A DNA stretch of 47,359 nt, filler included, from Jimgerdemannia flammicorona (Eukaryota): assembly GCA_003990765.1 (NCBI GenBank). It is 2 parts of 2 records of this genome, joined end to end, with 100 filler letters (N's around TTAATTAATTAA, not from the genome) between each part and the next. Parts side by side here need not be neighbours in the genome. Positions count along the whole stretch, not along the records: positions 1 to 23,630 come from RBNJ01001086.1; positions 23,731 to 47,359 come from RBNJ01001087.1. One strand, 5' to 3'. Below, piece after piece: positions 22,330 to 35,480 of the stretch. The number at the start of each line of letters is the position of its first letter. Within the stretch, counting starts at the first letter, position 1. The position numbers and the translations under genes are program-made. Below the pieces are notes generated by a model. It searched no databases. It was given only the letters and a program-made list of their open reading frames with translations, and was not told the DNA's origin.

Positions 22330-23630
22330 AGAAACAATTGTCCCCACCAGTAAAGCAGCGTGGTACTTAGGTATCTACTTATCAGTCTATGGATCAGTTC
22401 TGCCCAAGCTTTGGTGGGAGCAGAGGATTGGAATCTGAGAGGAGGCTCTGCGGAGTTGGGGGGGAAGATATTTTTCTCTGGCAGGGCAGGTCTCGATTTT
22501 GAATGTCTACTGGCTGCCAAAGTTGTGGTACCTGGCATATCATCTGGACTTCCCAGCCTGGGTAGTGAAGAGATTGATGAAGTCGGCAAAGGGATGGATT
22601 TGGGCTGGCAGGCGGAGTCAAATTAGTTGGGAGACCTTGTCCCTACCAGTGGCAAGAGGCGGTCTTGGGCTGGTTGACTTCCCAAAACAGTTATACTGCT
22701 TGAGAGCATGGTGGCTGAAGAGGGCAGTGGAGTTGAGAGGAGGTGGATGGGTTCCTCTGTTACAGAAGTTATGGGAGAGGCGGGCATTGCCAAGGGGCTC
22801 AACTGGTGATCTCCTCTCCTTGGTTGGGCTTCAGAACACTGCCCAACTATGATATAAAGGATTTTGGTGGAGAATTGCAGAAGGAGTGCACCGCATTGGT
22901 ATTCGTTGGCAGGGGAATGAAAGTGAGGAGGATTGGGACCCAGCAATGTGGAGATGGGACCGTATACTGCTGGGTGGTGCTCCTTTAGTTGAGTTCGACA
23001 TTGGTGATGGAATGGAATGCCAAAGGGGACCAGGCCAGGATCTGTAGCCTAGCAGTTGGCAAGGAGTTAGAATTGGCGAAGAGTGGAACTGGCATAGTGT
23101 TTGGACCTGGAGCACTGCAGTGAGAGCATGGCTGCCACCAAAGTACTGAGTGGTCTGGTGGCGCATGCTGCAGAGGAATGTTATGCTCAATTTTCACTCA
23201 GGGCACCTGGTTGTAGGGGGTTGCTTCAACTGTGAGGAGTGCCATAATGTAGGGCAGGAGGAGGGTTACATACAAATGCCTGAATATTGGCTAGGAGAGT
23301 GTGAGGTGTTGGGGGATTTTTGGCAGACAATTGGGGATCACTTAGGGGTACAGAGTAGGAGTGATGAAGTATGGGGGCGATAGGAGGACTTGAGGGTTAG
23401 ATTGGTAGAGGAGATAGGGAAGGAGTGGCTTACTTTAGGTTGGGCTTTGGTAATTTGGGTGGGGCTGGCCAGTCATTGGCTATTTGTTTTTGAGGATGGG
23501 AGGAGGCAGAGCTTGGGGGACCAGCTGCTATGATGGCATAGGCTTATGGAAGATACCTTAACAGGCTGGTGGCTGGGTTGGGGGATGCAGGGTGGTCGGA
23601 GGCACTACTTGGTGGAGAAAATCTGTAGGC
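22330..23630 (+). mobile_element. LINE ORF2 C-terminal fragment, least mutated copy, cut by the gap
   Basis: YLGIY, KLWYLAYHLDF...ISWETLSLPVARGGLGLVDF, WWRMLQRNV...CEEC...EYWLGEC; retains CpGs. Confidence 0.9.
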
Positions 23631-23730
23631 NNNNNNNNNNNNNNNNNNNNNNNNNNNNNNNNNNNNNNNNNNNNTTAATTAATTAANNNNNNNNNNNNNN
23701 NNNNNNNNNNNNNNNNNNNNNNNNNNNNNN
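23631..23730. other. Assembly gap with artificial TTAATTAATTAA spacer
   Basis: N run with a six-frame stop linker at 23675-23686. Confidence 0.97.
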
Positions 23731-26700
23731 CATCTCTATTAGTTATCTTCAATAACCCCCCCCCAACCTCTCACCCCCTCTATCACTCATTCAATAGGTC
23801 CATCATTAGCCACTTCTATCTTATCCTCAATATCATCTACTTGCTATTCTTAAATATATACATCCAATATTCTATAAGCCCAATCCAGATTGCCAGCACC
23901 TATCCTAATATCAACCACTCATCTCTCAACCCCTCTACCTGTCTCTCCCAGAGGTCACTCCACCATTCTCCCACCTCTAACCCTGGTGGACACACTACAG
24001 CCATACCTTAATTGCCCTCCAAAAGTCACCCAACACCTCACACTCTCCTAGCCAATGTTCAGATATCTGTACCACTCCTCTCTTCTGTCTTATGTTCAGA
24101 TACTCCTCATACTCCTGGCTACCTCCTTCCACCAAGTGACCTGACTAGTAATTCAACATTATATTGTACTATAGAAGTCTTTATAATACTACTCAGAACT
24201 TGGGGGGAATCTATCTTATCATCTGCTTACTCTATGTTTAAATGCTATTTTAGTCCCACTCTTCTTTAATCTCCAACTCCTGCTATACCTCAGGCCACAG
24301 ATCTCTCCCATGCTTCTGAAGGCTCTCCATTCTATTCTCTAAGCAGAAGTCATACTGATACCCCACCCAGCAGAAGGCAGTCCCACCTCTATATCTGAGG
24401 TCTCTATTTCTCCTCTCTCTTCTTACCCCACTATTAGAGACCAATACAATGAGCCCCATCAACTACTCCTCACCAGAATCCTCTATAGTATATCTTCTGA
24501 CTCCCCTTGAAGGCTACTAGAGATAGTAAATCCCCAGTTATATCATGGGGAGAGAACTAGACCTTTCACACTCTCTGTATGAGGAGAACTCACTCACTAC
24601 TCCTCAACTTACTAGCTTTCTTCAGCCACCATACCCTCAAGCAATAAAGATACTTGAAAAAATCCACCAGACCCAGGCCACCCTGGTCCACTAGTAAGGT
24701 CAACACCTCCTAGCCAATCTGACTCCATCATTCTGCCTATATCCAGATTCTGGTCATCTTCAATAGTCTCTTGACCACTTGTGCTTGAAAGTCTAAGTAG
24801 CAGCCTAGATACTATAGCTTAGATAGTCAGCACAATCACTCTCACTACTAAAGATATATACTAATCACCCCACTCTAAGAGAGTACTCCCCCACTCTGCC
24901 AACTACTGTTTCTATCATCTGTGAGATAATAAGGAGCCATATGCTGAAAATAGATCTCCAGATTGTAAACTGCCTCTCCTATAGAGACAATTGTTCCAAT
25001 TATGTCCCCACCTATAATCTCTCTCCCCAACACTAAGGTCTCATACTTATGCCAGTTGAACTTAGTACTCAAGTACTCCTCATATCACTCTACTGTATCT
25101 TTCAGTACTGCTATATCTTCTGCTAACTCTAGCCTGCTCACCATATCATTGGCAAAGGCCCCTATCTTCCAATTAACCCCCAGAATATCCAGCCCCCCCA
25201 CCTTTTGCCTTATCTAATCCAAAAGAGGCTTCAGGGAAATTGTATATAGGATTGATGAGAGTGGATCCCTCTGTAGAACTCTCTCTGCCCAGAGGAAATG
25301 AAATCCCTCTTGGCCTATTCACTATGATTGCTATCCAACTCTCTTCTAGCAGACCAACCAAGATCTGCTGGACCCCAGAGGGGATCTCTATATACTTTAG
25401 TACCCCTTCTAACCATGCTTATCAGATCTTATTATAGGCCTTCTCTTAGTCTAGGAACAATAGCCTTTTATCTACTCCAGTAGTACAAGTTCCCTCAATA
25501 ACCCTATGTATCCAGGCTATCTTATCTCTGATCAGACATTCCCCTATAAATTATCTCTACTCTACTCCTAGAACTCACTGAGTCACTCTCTGTAGCCTAG
25601 CTATCAGTATCTTTATTATCAGTTTATGATCCATATCTAGCAGTATAATTAACCTCCAGTTTTTTCACTCCTCTCTCTCTCTCTTATTCTTAAATAGCAG
25701 AGCCACAAGACCTAAGCACTGCCCTCCAATCTAAACCCCTGAGCTAATAATTTCATAATACATCACTGTTATTTCCTTCAAAATTAGCTCAAAACCTGCC
25801 ATCTTCTTCCAAAAATCCCATAGTAAACTATTCTCCCTGGATACTGTCTCTGAGCTCATAGTCATCAGTACCAGCTGAATCTTCTCTCCTTGGACAATAG
25901 CACTAAGGTCACCTAAGCCTACTGTTGGATCAGGATGCCAGTTCTCTAAGTATCTATCAATGTCCAGCACCCCCACCCCCCCTTCCTTCTCAATCCCAAT
26001 CACTCTCACTATATACTCAGCTGGTCCAAAATCTCCAGAGTATCAACAACCAACTTCTCTACCTCATCCAATACCCCTTCCCATCACTGCTGAACTCTCC
26101 TCATCTGTAGAAGATACAATAGAAACTTTGTAGGCCTCTCCCTCTCCTCCAGTCTCTACTACTATAGCTGGGCCACTCTGCTCTATATCTATAGATCTTC
26201 TTCCTGCTCCAGCAATCACTCCAACTTCTCCACCTCTAGCCAGATCCACTGGGCCCTCCAATCTCTCTCTTCACTATCATTCAGCTTGTCTGCCCATATT
26301 TCCAGTAATCTCACCAACCTCTGGGAGGCCCACCTCACTCACTTCCTTCTCTAAGCACTACATAATCTTCCTGTATTCTCTCAGTACTATTGTGCAACTA
26401 ATTTCAGTCACCTCTAGTGATCCTCAATTAGCAACCCCTTCATTCTCCATCTCAGTATTCTGGATCCAATGTCTGTCACTCATATATCTCATAAGGAGGC
26501 CTCTCCAAGCAATGAGGTATTCAGGCACCAATGTCTAGGCTCCTCCCCACTTCCCCCAAAGCTCCCCTCTCTCAGAAGGTCTGAGTGATCAGATCATGGA
26601 CACTAAACAGTTTTCAAAGATCTCCAGATATCAACTCCCCAGTATTCAGCAGTCAACATTCAGTCAATCCTCAAGCCCAATCTAATTACTTAGTAAGTAT

Positions 26701-29278
26701 AGATGCTGCAATCCCCCGATCCAAGTCTCCCAGCATCCACTAAGGAACTCAGATATTTGACTTCCTCCCAGGCTTCTATCCTACTACTCCTACCAGCTAT
26801 CTCCCTTCTCTCATCAGTTCTATCCACCTTCCCATCCTATATCATATTAAAGTCTCTATCTTGACAGTCAATCCCTATCTCTACTAATACTCTAGATTCT
26901 TGTAGTTCTTGAATTTATTCTACCCTCTCCCTTCTTTCTTCTGGACAATAATATGACCCAATAGTTAAGAGACTCTAGTCTGGCCTTCTCTAAACTCTCC
27001 ACACTATCCTGCTTCTCCAATGTTCAATATTACTAATATTTCCCTTGTCTTTTCTAACCAGAATACCCACATTTCCACTTCAAATAGCTATACTACCTCA
27101 TTCCTTCATCTAGTCCAGACTATCTAAGTCTCTATTGCACCCAATATCCTATAGTAGAAACAAATCTACATCCAGTCTCTTTAGCCAGATAAAGATATTT
27201 TAATATCTCTCTACTCTTCATAGTATACTAATATTTAAAGAGAAAATTCTAGTTATACTATTTACATTGAATAATATTTTTTTTATGGAGAATAGCTATC
27301 TACTCTATAATTTCATACTTGCTGCATCACCTGTAACATCTAGATTTCTCTCTATCTATAGCTCCTCTGTCTCTCCCTGCTGAGCCTCCAATATCTTCAA
27401 GATCTCCTAACAATCTACACCATCTACTTCTTCCATATCTGCCTGATACTTCTCACATACTACCTGTTATTTCACCAGTCTCTTTCTTAGATCTCACAAG
27501 TATAAAGCCCTGTCATTTGCAATTACCAGAAGTGCAGTCTCTCTGGCATCATTTACTTGATATGCCTCAGCCTTCAGTAAGGTCACTATTATCTTATCTC
27601 TGAGTTTCTGTAGCACCTCCTCCCCTCACAGGATTTTACCCCAGTTTCTCTCACTCAGCACCAAAAAGTCCTCTCCTCCCAGCTCCTCAGCTGTCATATT
27701 TGTCAGTATTTTTTAAAGCTATCTCTTCTCAATCACAATCTCCTCTACTCTCTGGACCACCTCTTTCTCCCCTTCCACCTGCCCCCCCCTCTGCATTCAT
27801 TCTAGCTGACTCATCTCAATCATCCTTCAGTATATCCTTCAATTCATCATCTCCTCCAGTCCCTACTGGCACTCTATACTGAGTATGCTCCTCCTCACCC
27901 ATCTTCTCATCTTCTATAATAATACTCTGTCCTGTATCTTACTTTTCCCTAATGTCTCCTTGAGTGCTACTTTCTTCTTCTCTGCTCAGACACTTGCTCT
28001 CAACCTAATAACTTCAGTAGCAGTCCCCTCTCTATTCCCTCATCCAACTTTATCAATAGTATATTTTGAATATGACTCTTCTGTACTCTCTCTCAGGTCA
28101 TCTGATCTAGCTACACCTTCTTGTCATTCACAATCTCCATTACCTTCTTGATTTCAACTTTTTTCAGACTAATCTCTTCCTCTCAACAGTCTCTGCCAGA
28201 TCCTCCAATATCTCTAATAAGTCCTCCTCTTCCTCTAGCATCCCTTTCACTCTTGAAACCTTGTACTCTACTAGTCCTCACTTGAGGACTGCTGGCCAGT
28301 CCCTTGCTTTCCCCATATTCTCCTTACCTATCAGCTGCACCCTTACATCCATATCTCCCATTTTAAACTCTGTGCCTTTTCAGATCCAAAACTCAATATC
28401 CATAATGTCTCCATACACCTTAATGGTCTCTACAATCAATCCCCTGACCATCTCCTTCAATACTAAAGGAACATCCAGTACTGTCAACTGTACTACTCAT
28501 GGATCTCAGTATAAGTACCTGGCCATGGAGACCACTACTCCCCCCACTACCACTCTCTTATCCATTTCTTCCAGCAGTATATCCTACTTCTCAAAGTCCA
28601 CCTCCACCTCTTTCTGATCCTTCAAAAACTTCACTAAGACTGCTCCCTTCACCTCTTGGTCCAGTAGTCTCATAATCATTCTCATGATCATTGCCAAGCC
28701 CTGGAAGTATAATGTGATGGCAAATTCTGACCTTGACTTCTTGAGTAACAGTACCACCACCAGGTCTGTTATATTATCTGCCAGATCTCTAGACCTTGTG
28801 CCCACCCCTTGTCCAGATCTACTATTAGCCATTATATTCAGATTTTTTTTCCAGATTAGTAGTTTTCTTATCATCAGCAGTCCTCTCCTTCCAGCCACTA
28901 CTCCCCCAGCCCTACTGCCCTCACCACCAAGGGCCACTCCACCGGACTCTGTATTCTTTGCCATCACCTTACCCTTCCTCAGCCAGCCCTCCAGTCTAGT
29001 TAATGGATGTCTCTCCTTTATCTTAACAGTGAAGCTTATCCTCTCAGTCTCCTATCTGCTCCTCTTCTATATCCTCTAGCCAGTAAGTCCTACATACTTC
29101 CCCCCAAGCCATGACTTCTCCCCACATACTGCCAGTCAAATACACTAGAGTCATCCTACCTAGTATGTATCTCAGAATGCTTGTTAGTTACTATATTGCT
29201 AGTACCTATTCTCCAAAAATAATGTCTTGCAGATTGCTAGAAGTTTGTGTAATCTGAATATTATCAGAGAAAGGTATA
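23731..29278 (-). mobile_element. Near full-length L1/Tx1-clade LINE (ORF1 about 29200-27290, ORF2 from about 27265), decayed
   Basis: Minus strand gives NSITRIFSLNI at the ORF2 start, SDH, NWRLIILLDMDHKL, FLD*EKAYN, FANDM, GGLGLVDF; 5' end homologous to 6912-7070. Confidence 0.88.
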
Positions 29279-29339
29279 CACTGCTCTCTTATCTTTATTA
29301 TTGAACAGTAGTACTACCAGATCAAGCTTTTGCTCTCCA

Positions 29340-30050
29340 ACCTACTCTCCAGATATGAGAATATAATCACAAAGCACTGCTATCTCCCCTAACACCCTAG
29401 GGACCCACACCATCTTTTTTCAAAAATCCCAGAACAGACTATCCTCCCCTAGTGCTATGCCTAATTTTGTGATAGCTGGGACCTGCAGAATATCTGCCTC
29501 CTTAACTGGAAGAACTAAATCTCTAAGATCATCTACCTGTAGAGATTGCCAATCCTCCAGAGAGTACTCTATAGCCTCAGCATTAGTACTTCCTTCCTTC
29601 TCAATCTACAGATCTCCCTATATTCACTTTAGAGAGCCTAAAATCTACTGAGTACTATATTTCAGTATACTCTCTATATCTAATACTTTATCTTATAGTT
29701 ATCACCTAAAGAAGTCATGATAGATACTTAGAAGACTGCTTGTCTTCCTCAAACCTCTGTTATCTCAACCAAGCTGCCATTCTCTTTATACAAGTCCCCT
29801 TCTCTCCCCTCATCACTCTCTGTAACTTCACTATTATCAACTTGGCTTATATCAGTCTCCAATCTTCCACCACCCCCTAGCTCAACAGTTCAGCCCATTC
29901 TACCTATAACCAGACTAATCAATCAGAAGTCTATATCACTCTCCTACACTATTCCTTTCCAGCAAACCTACTAGCCTCTCTCTAATATACTCTAGTAGTC
30001 TCCTTCAACCTCACTCAGTAAACTCTCACTAGAAGCTGATACATCTCTAT
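29340..30050 (-). mobile_element. LINE ORF2 fragment (EN-RT linker), heavily decayed
   Basis: Minus strand LGEDSLFWDF*KKMV matches the GEDSLLWDFWKK motif of the other copies; boundaries approximate. Confidence 0.6.
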
Positions 30051-32604
30051 CTATTATAGAGCAGTATCCCTCCTCTTATTGTTTAGCTAAAAAGTAGTAT
30101 GTCATTAGTACTTTATATAGTATTAGCTTTTAATAGTGGCTCTTAAGTCATTTTTACATATATTCTTCTATTTTTAAGATATCTAACCAGTATCTCTGTA
30201 TATATACTGGCTCCATCTTATATATACTTACTATTTGAATATAGCTGACTTATATAATCTGTAGAAAAAGCAGCTTATCATAATCTATTATAGATATAAT
30301 CTATCTATTAATAGTATTAAAAATATATTAATTATATATCTTAAAGACTCTTATCTATTATCTGTCTCAGTATCTCAGTACTTTATATCTACTATTATAG
30401 TATACCTTATAAGCAACCCTCTCTCAGTCCTGATATCCGTATCTCTGGTCTTCTTCTCTATAAACTTTTCAGTCAGACTTTAGATATTTCAAACTCTATT
30501 ACTATAATTTCAGCTCTCTCTCTGGATCTATAGACCTCTACTATATGATATATTATAGTAAGTCTCAGTCATTCTTTATTTCTGATATAGTTTTATAATA
30601 TGATTAGATATATATTAGTATATCTTCTAGTATTTCTCAATATAGAGAATTATCAAATTTTAGTTAAATGGACAGACTTTGCTCTGATCTCATAGATTAA
30701 TATTAAGTAGAAGCCTGTCAATCTTCTGCTCAATTATGAACTAGACCTCTCCCTCTGACTCAAGGCCCTCTTCTATATTTGTGATATATGGCTAATCCTA
30801 GAGACCATAAAGTCTATAACTAATATAGTATATATAGTTCAGCTCCTAGCCTATATCATCTTTATCATTAAAGCTATTAATAATTACTATAATGAACTAT
30901 ACTATAGTATTTCAACTATCAGGTCTATACTTTGAAGACTTTCTTTCCAGAGCTAGACATTGATAATCCAGAGATAGTTTGATATACTTTGAAGATAGTA
31001 GTTAATCAATCAGTATCTGCTCTAGTAGTATTTCAATAAAATCACTCTATCAATTCTACTATCTCACTCATAAGCTCTAAAAATCCATCTATATATATAT
31101 ACTCTATTATACTTTTTGTATAGAGTATAGGAATACTTATTTACTTTCTGCACCCAAGTGCCTTTCTAATATCTAGTATTTATCTTCAAACCAGGTTCTA
31201 TAATAGAGTCCCCAACTCTATCTATCAGAACTTCAATAGCTATAACTATTATAGTAATTATAGTAAATTTTATACATATCTATATTTTTAACTATAAGCC
31301 TCATATAGTTATAGTATACTCTACTTACTATATAGCTAGTCTTGCTATCTCTCTACTAGCTTCTAGCTCTTATATCTCTTATCATCTGAAGGTTTGGTAT
31401 AATATTTTATATACTCATTTAGACTAATTACTAATTTAGTATCATTTGCTAATCTTTAATATAACTACTTCTATAATAATTATTTATACTCAGAGCTTTA
31501 TATATACCTCCTATCTGATAATCTCTCATCTATCTCTATTTGTCAGATAGTTCTTTCTAATAATATCTTAATTAAATTTACTATTAACTAGTATCTCAGT
31601 CTCTTTATATTATACTTTACTCTTCATATTACTCTTCACTCTTCTCTACCCTTATTACAATATCTCTCTAAATATTATTTCTAAGAAAAACTGAGCCAAA
31701 TTTCATATAATTCAATACTTATCATTTCTTAAGAGTGACTCTATTAATAATAGCATTAATTATAAAAAGTTCTTCATTTAGTATTAATCTATTCAAGAAT
31801 TATCCAGCTTCTTATATCTATTAGCTCTACTGCCCTCTTCTAGAAGATAGATATTTTTGATATATTTCAAACTATTTTAGTCAATTAGGCCAATTGGATT
31901 ATATGGAATATCTGCTAACTCAGTCTGTATTTTCTCAATAATATATATCTCTTATTTAGCCTCTACTCTATCTTCTTCATTTTATCTCACTTATAAATCT
32001 CTTTATACAAATATATATATCATTAGTTATATAATCTTTTCAATCTGAGATATTTTATTAATAATTATATATATATATTATAAATAATATATACTTATGA
32101 TATATATCTACTTTTATTAGATTACTACTTAGTTTATTCTTCTGCTCAATCTCTCTAAGAATATCTCTCTCTCTTTAACTATCAAATATGTAGATTTTTT
32201 ACTAAATCCTCTCAATATAACTATCAGTCTTTTATAAACAAATATGAGCATATTCTTATTATTTTTATAGACTAACTCATCTTTTTGAACAATTCTTACT
32301 ACTCTTATCTATAGTTATATTATAAGGTATAATTATTATAAAGTTATTTAATATATATTATCTAGTTCTTATCTAAAAAAAAAAGTATTCTATAACTTTA
32401 TATTTACTTATCATAGTATAAAAGTCACTATATATTAGATACTATAACCTATTTAACTATTTTATCACTAACTTACTTTAGTAACAAAATATACTATACT
32501 TATTAACAGACTATTATCTGCTCTTTTACTCTAATTATAGTTTTGTTATAGATGTATTAGACTTACTTAGTAATAGTACTTAGTTTGGCCAGTATTGATA
32601 AAGT

Positions 32605-32902
32605 TAGTACTTCCAATAAATCAAATTAAAGGTCTAATTTAAATTAATTCAAATTAAATTGAAGATTTAATTTGATTTAAGATTCAATTTAAACTCTATA
32701 TTTTGAAATATATTAACCTAATGAAAACATATCCAAATTTAACAATCTTTAGCTTATTAGATTTCTCTATATAAGAGAAATTTAACAAGTGAAAGATTAT
32801 TAAATTTGAACATATTTTTATTGAGTTATTATATTTCTAAAAATAAGATTCAAATCAGACCCTCTATTTGATTTGAATTGATTCAATTTATTTAGAAGTA
32901 TA
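32605..32902. mobile_element. hAT-type MITE (about 300 bp)
   Basis: Imperfect TIRs tagtacttccaataaatcaaat / reverse complement tatacttctaaataaattgaat; flanks gataaagt (32597-32604) and agtaaagt (32903-32910) are both one G>A step from ggtaaagt, i.e. an 8-bp TSD. Confidence 0.65.
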
Positions 32903-34981
32903 AGTAAAGTACTATTATGCTCTCTCATTCTCTAAACTAAGTAAATATAATATCTTTTAAAAGACAATATTTACTATTTGAGTCTTACTTATACTTTAAA
33001 ATCTATTATTCTATTCTTATCAGATTATTCTATAATATGATAGTTAATCTTATATTAACACTTTAACTAGTAACTATATCTCTTACTATTTTCTTATTAA
33101 TAATCTCCTTTATGAGATCATTATCCTTTTTCTCAAATTTACCTTTAATATTTAATATATCTCTTTAGAGTCTAACTCTGCTGATTTTTTATGTTATTTT
33201 GTATACCTTGTGACTTATTTATAAGATCTACTCTTATTGTAAATATTTAATATTCCTTTTTAACGATATAATTAATTTAAAGTCTATTTATATTAATATA
33301 TCTATATATACACTAACAGTCTCTACTCAGAAATTAACTCTCTTCTTTAGTTTCTCAATTTCTATTATATTACTAAGCAAATAGTATTTCTTTTATCTAA
33401 AAATTATCTCAGTTATTAGATATTATAGTTAGTTAATAATAAGAAGCCCCACATTATTATAAAGAACTAATTTTACAATCTAGCTAATTATAAGATAGTT
33501 TACTAATAGAACTCTAATCTATAGTATACTAACTATCTTTATTTGACATAGTTCTAAAGAATATTATTACTAAACTCACTTTTAATATCTTATTATTTAA
33601 CTATTATTCTATTATCTACTAATATCTCTAATATATCTATCTTTACCTATATATTGATACTTTAATCAGTACTATAGTCTGAACTTTGTTATATATAGCT
33701 TTTTATAGTCTTAAAAATAAAAATAGATAAATTAACAATCTAAGATAGTTAGACTTTTAATCAATCTTAGTAAGTCTATTATTATTATATATCTTTAATA
33801 TTACTAAGACTCTACTTTTACTTATCTATTTTGATCAATTTATTTACTTTATATAAAAATAGACTCTGTTAGTAAGATATATATTTTTAAGATTCTCTAG
33901 AATCTTTAATTATCTTATCTAGTGATTGATAATATGGTTTGGATTATTCTGGCTCAGCCAGATAACTCTATCTTTATCTAGAATCTTTTCAGCTATTATT
34001 TTTCATAAGCTTTATTAATATTATTTTATTTACTTTATCTAATTTAGCTTATATATCAGAGATCTATAGTTATTTCTTTTATATTAGTTATACTTCTATT
34101 GGCTACTCTGACAGTATTATCTAATTAGCTAATTACTAGAAGTTCTTTATCTTTTTGCATTATATTAATAGTTTAATTATACCATTTTCTATATAATACA
34201 TATATAAGTCAAACCACTCTTTCTAGTATCTCTGTTAACTATAAGTTTAACTGATATTAATCAGACTTTATTTAAAAGTAATTAGTAATATTTTATAAGA
34301 CCTTAACTATTTCTCAAATCTTTAATAATTGGATTTCTTTATAATAAATAAGAGTAGGAATGGGAAGTATATACTTCTCCCAGTCAACTCAATGTTTGCT
34401 TTACTGTTTATTTTGATACTCTCTTCTCTTTCTATTCTATTTTATTCTTCTCACTCCTATTTAATTATTGTGATTTTTTTTTTTAATAATATTTATTTAT
34501 AATATATCTTGAAATATTATTAAAGTATAAATATATATAGTTTAAACTATAATAAAGTCTCTGAGATAGAAGGACTCCAGAATTATCTATTTTAGTAAAT
34601 ATAGTATAGTTTTGGCTGAGGTCTCTCTTAGTATCTCTTCTCTAGCTAGTTAGTTTTAAATTACTCTAGTTATATATAATATACTTAGTATATTATATAA
34701 ATACTTCTATTTGCTAAAGAGTAGTATCTTCTATCTCATTACTTAACTAAACAGTAGTATAACATTAGTACTTTATATAGCCTCCAGTAGTGGCTTCTAA
34801 GCTATTTTTATATACTTCTTTTTCTTAACTCTAATATAATATAATTAAAGATAATCTTCTTTACTATAAGTAAGAGGAAGTCTAAAAAATATACTTTACT
34901 TAGTCAATTTAATATTTATTTTACTGCTCATTTTGATCTTCTCTTTCTTTTCTTCAGTTTTATTTCTCTCACCCTTACTTA

Positions 34982-34985
<4 letters not shown>

Positions 34986-35022
<37 letters not shown>
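34986..35022. repeat. (TA)n microsatellite
   Basis: Directly visible. Confidence 0.95.
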
Positions 35023-35032
<10 letters not shown>

Positions 35033-35480
35033 GTAGTATATTTTTATAATATACTTAGAAAACTTATAAAACTTTAAATTAATTAAATATTATAATTTAT
35101 ATTGAGTTATTTTATTAATAATAAAATCATAAAATATAGTATTAGTCAGAAATTTTATATAGAGGATATAATATATATTATTTATATTTATATAATAGTA
35201 TATTAGAAAAGAGATTATATTACACTATTAGCTTTAAGATTTTAAAATAAAATTTTATAAATATAGAGAATTATTCAACGTTTAGCTTACAACTTAGTAG
35301 ATATGAAAGATGGTATGCCTATACAAGCATATATAATAAAGTATCTGAAGTATCCTAAAATTACGATACCTAGTTAACGGCGCAGCAATAATATAAGAAT
35401 TAACAGTCACTTCACATTTAAGTGTAGTTTACACGACGACAAAGGATAGAAAGACTTGCTTGTCGACCCAGAGGTTCGGT

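Larger units (their letters stand above)
30057..35270. other. Extremely AT-rich hypermutated repeat relic, origin unidentified
   Basis: No ORF of 60 aa or more, strong TpA excess, almost no CpG; degenerate direct repeat 30057-30170 / 34718-34820. Confidence 0.7.

Noticed and set aside
20746..22347. Pentapeptide-repeat protein genes (EGTLA / SAKAP / RGG ORFs)
   Set aside because: Open in many frames on both strands simply because the 15-bp unit lacks stops; frameshifting unit variants are present.
23675..23686. TTAATTAATTAA palindrome as a biological site
   Set aside because: Artificial scaffolding linker inside an N gap; adjacency across the gap is not guaranteed.
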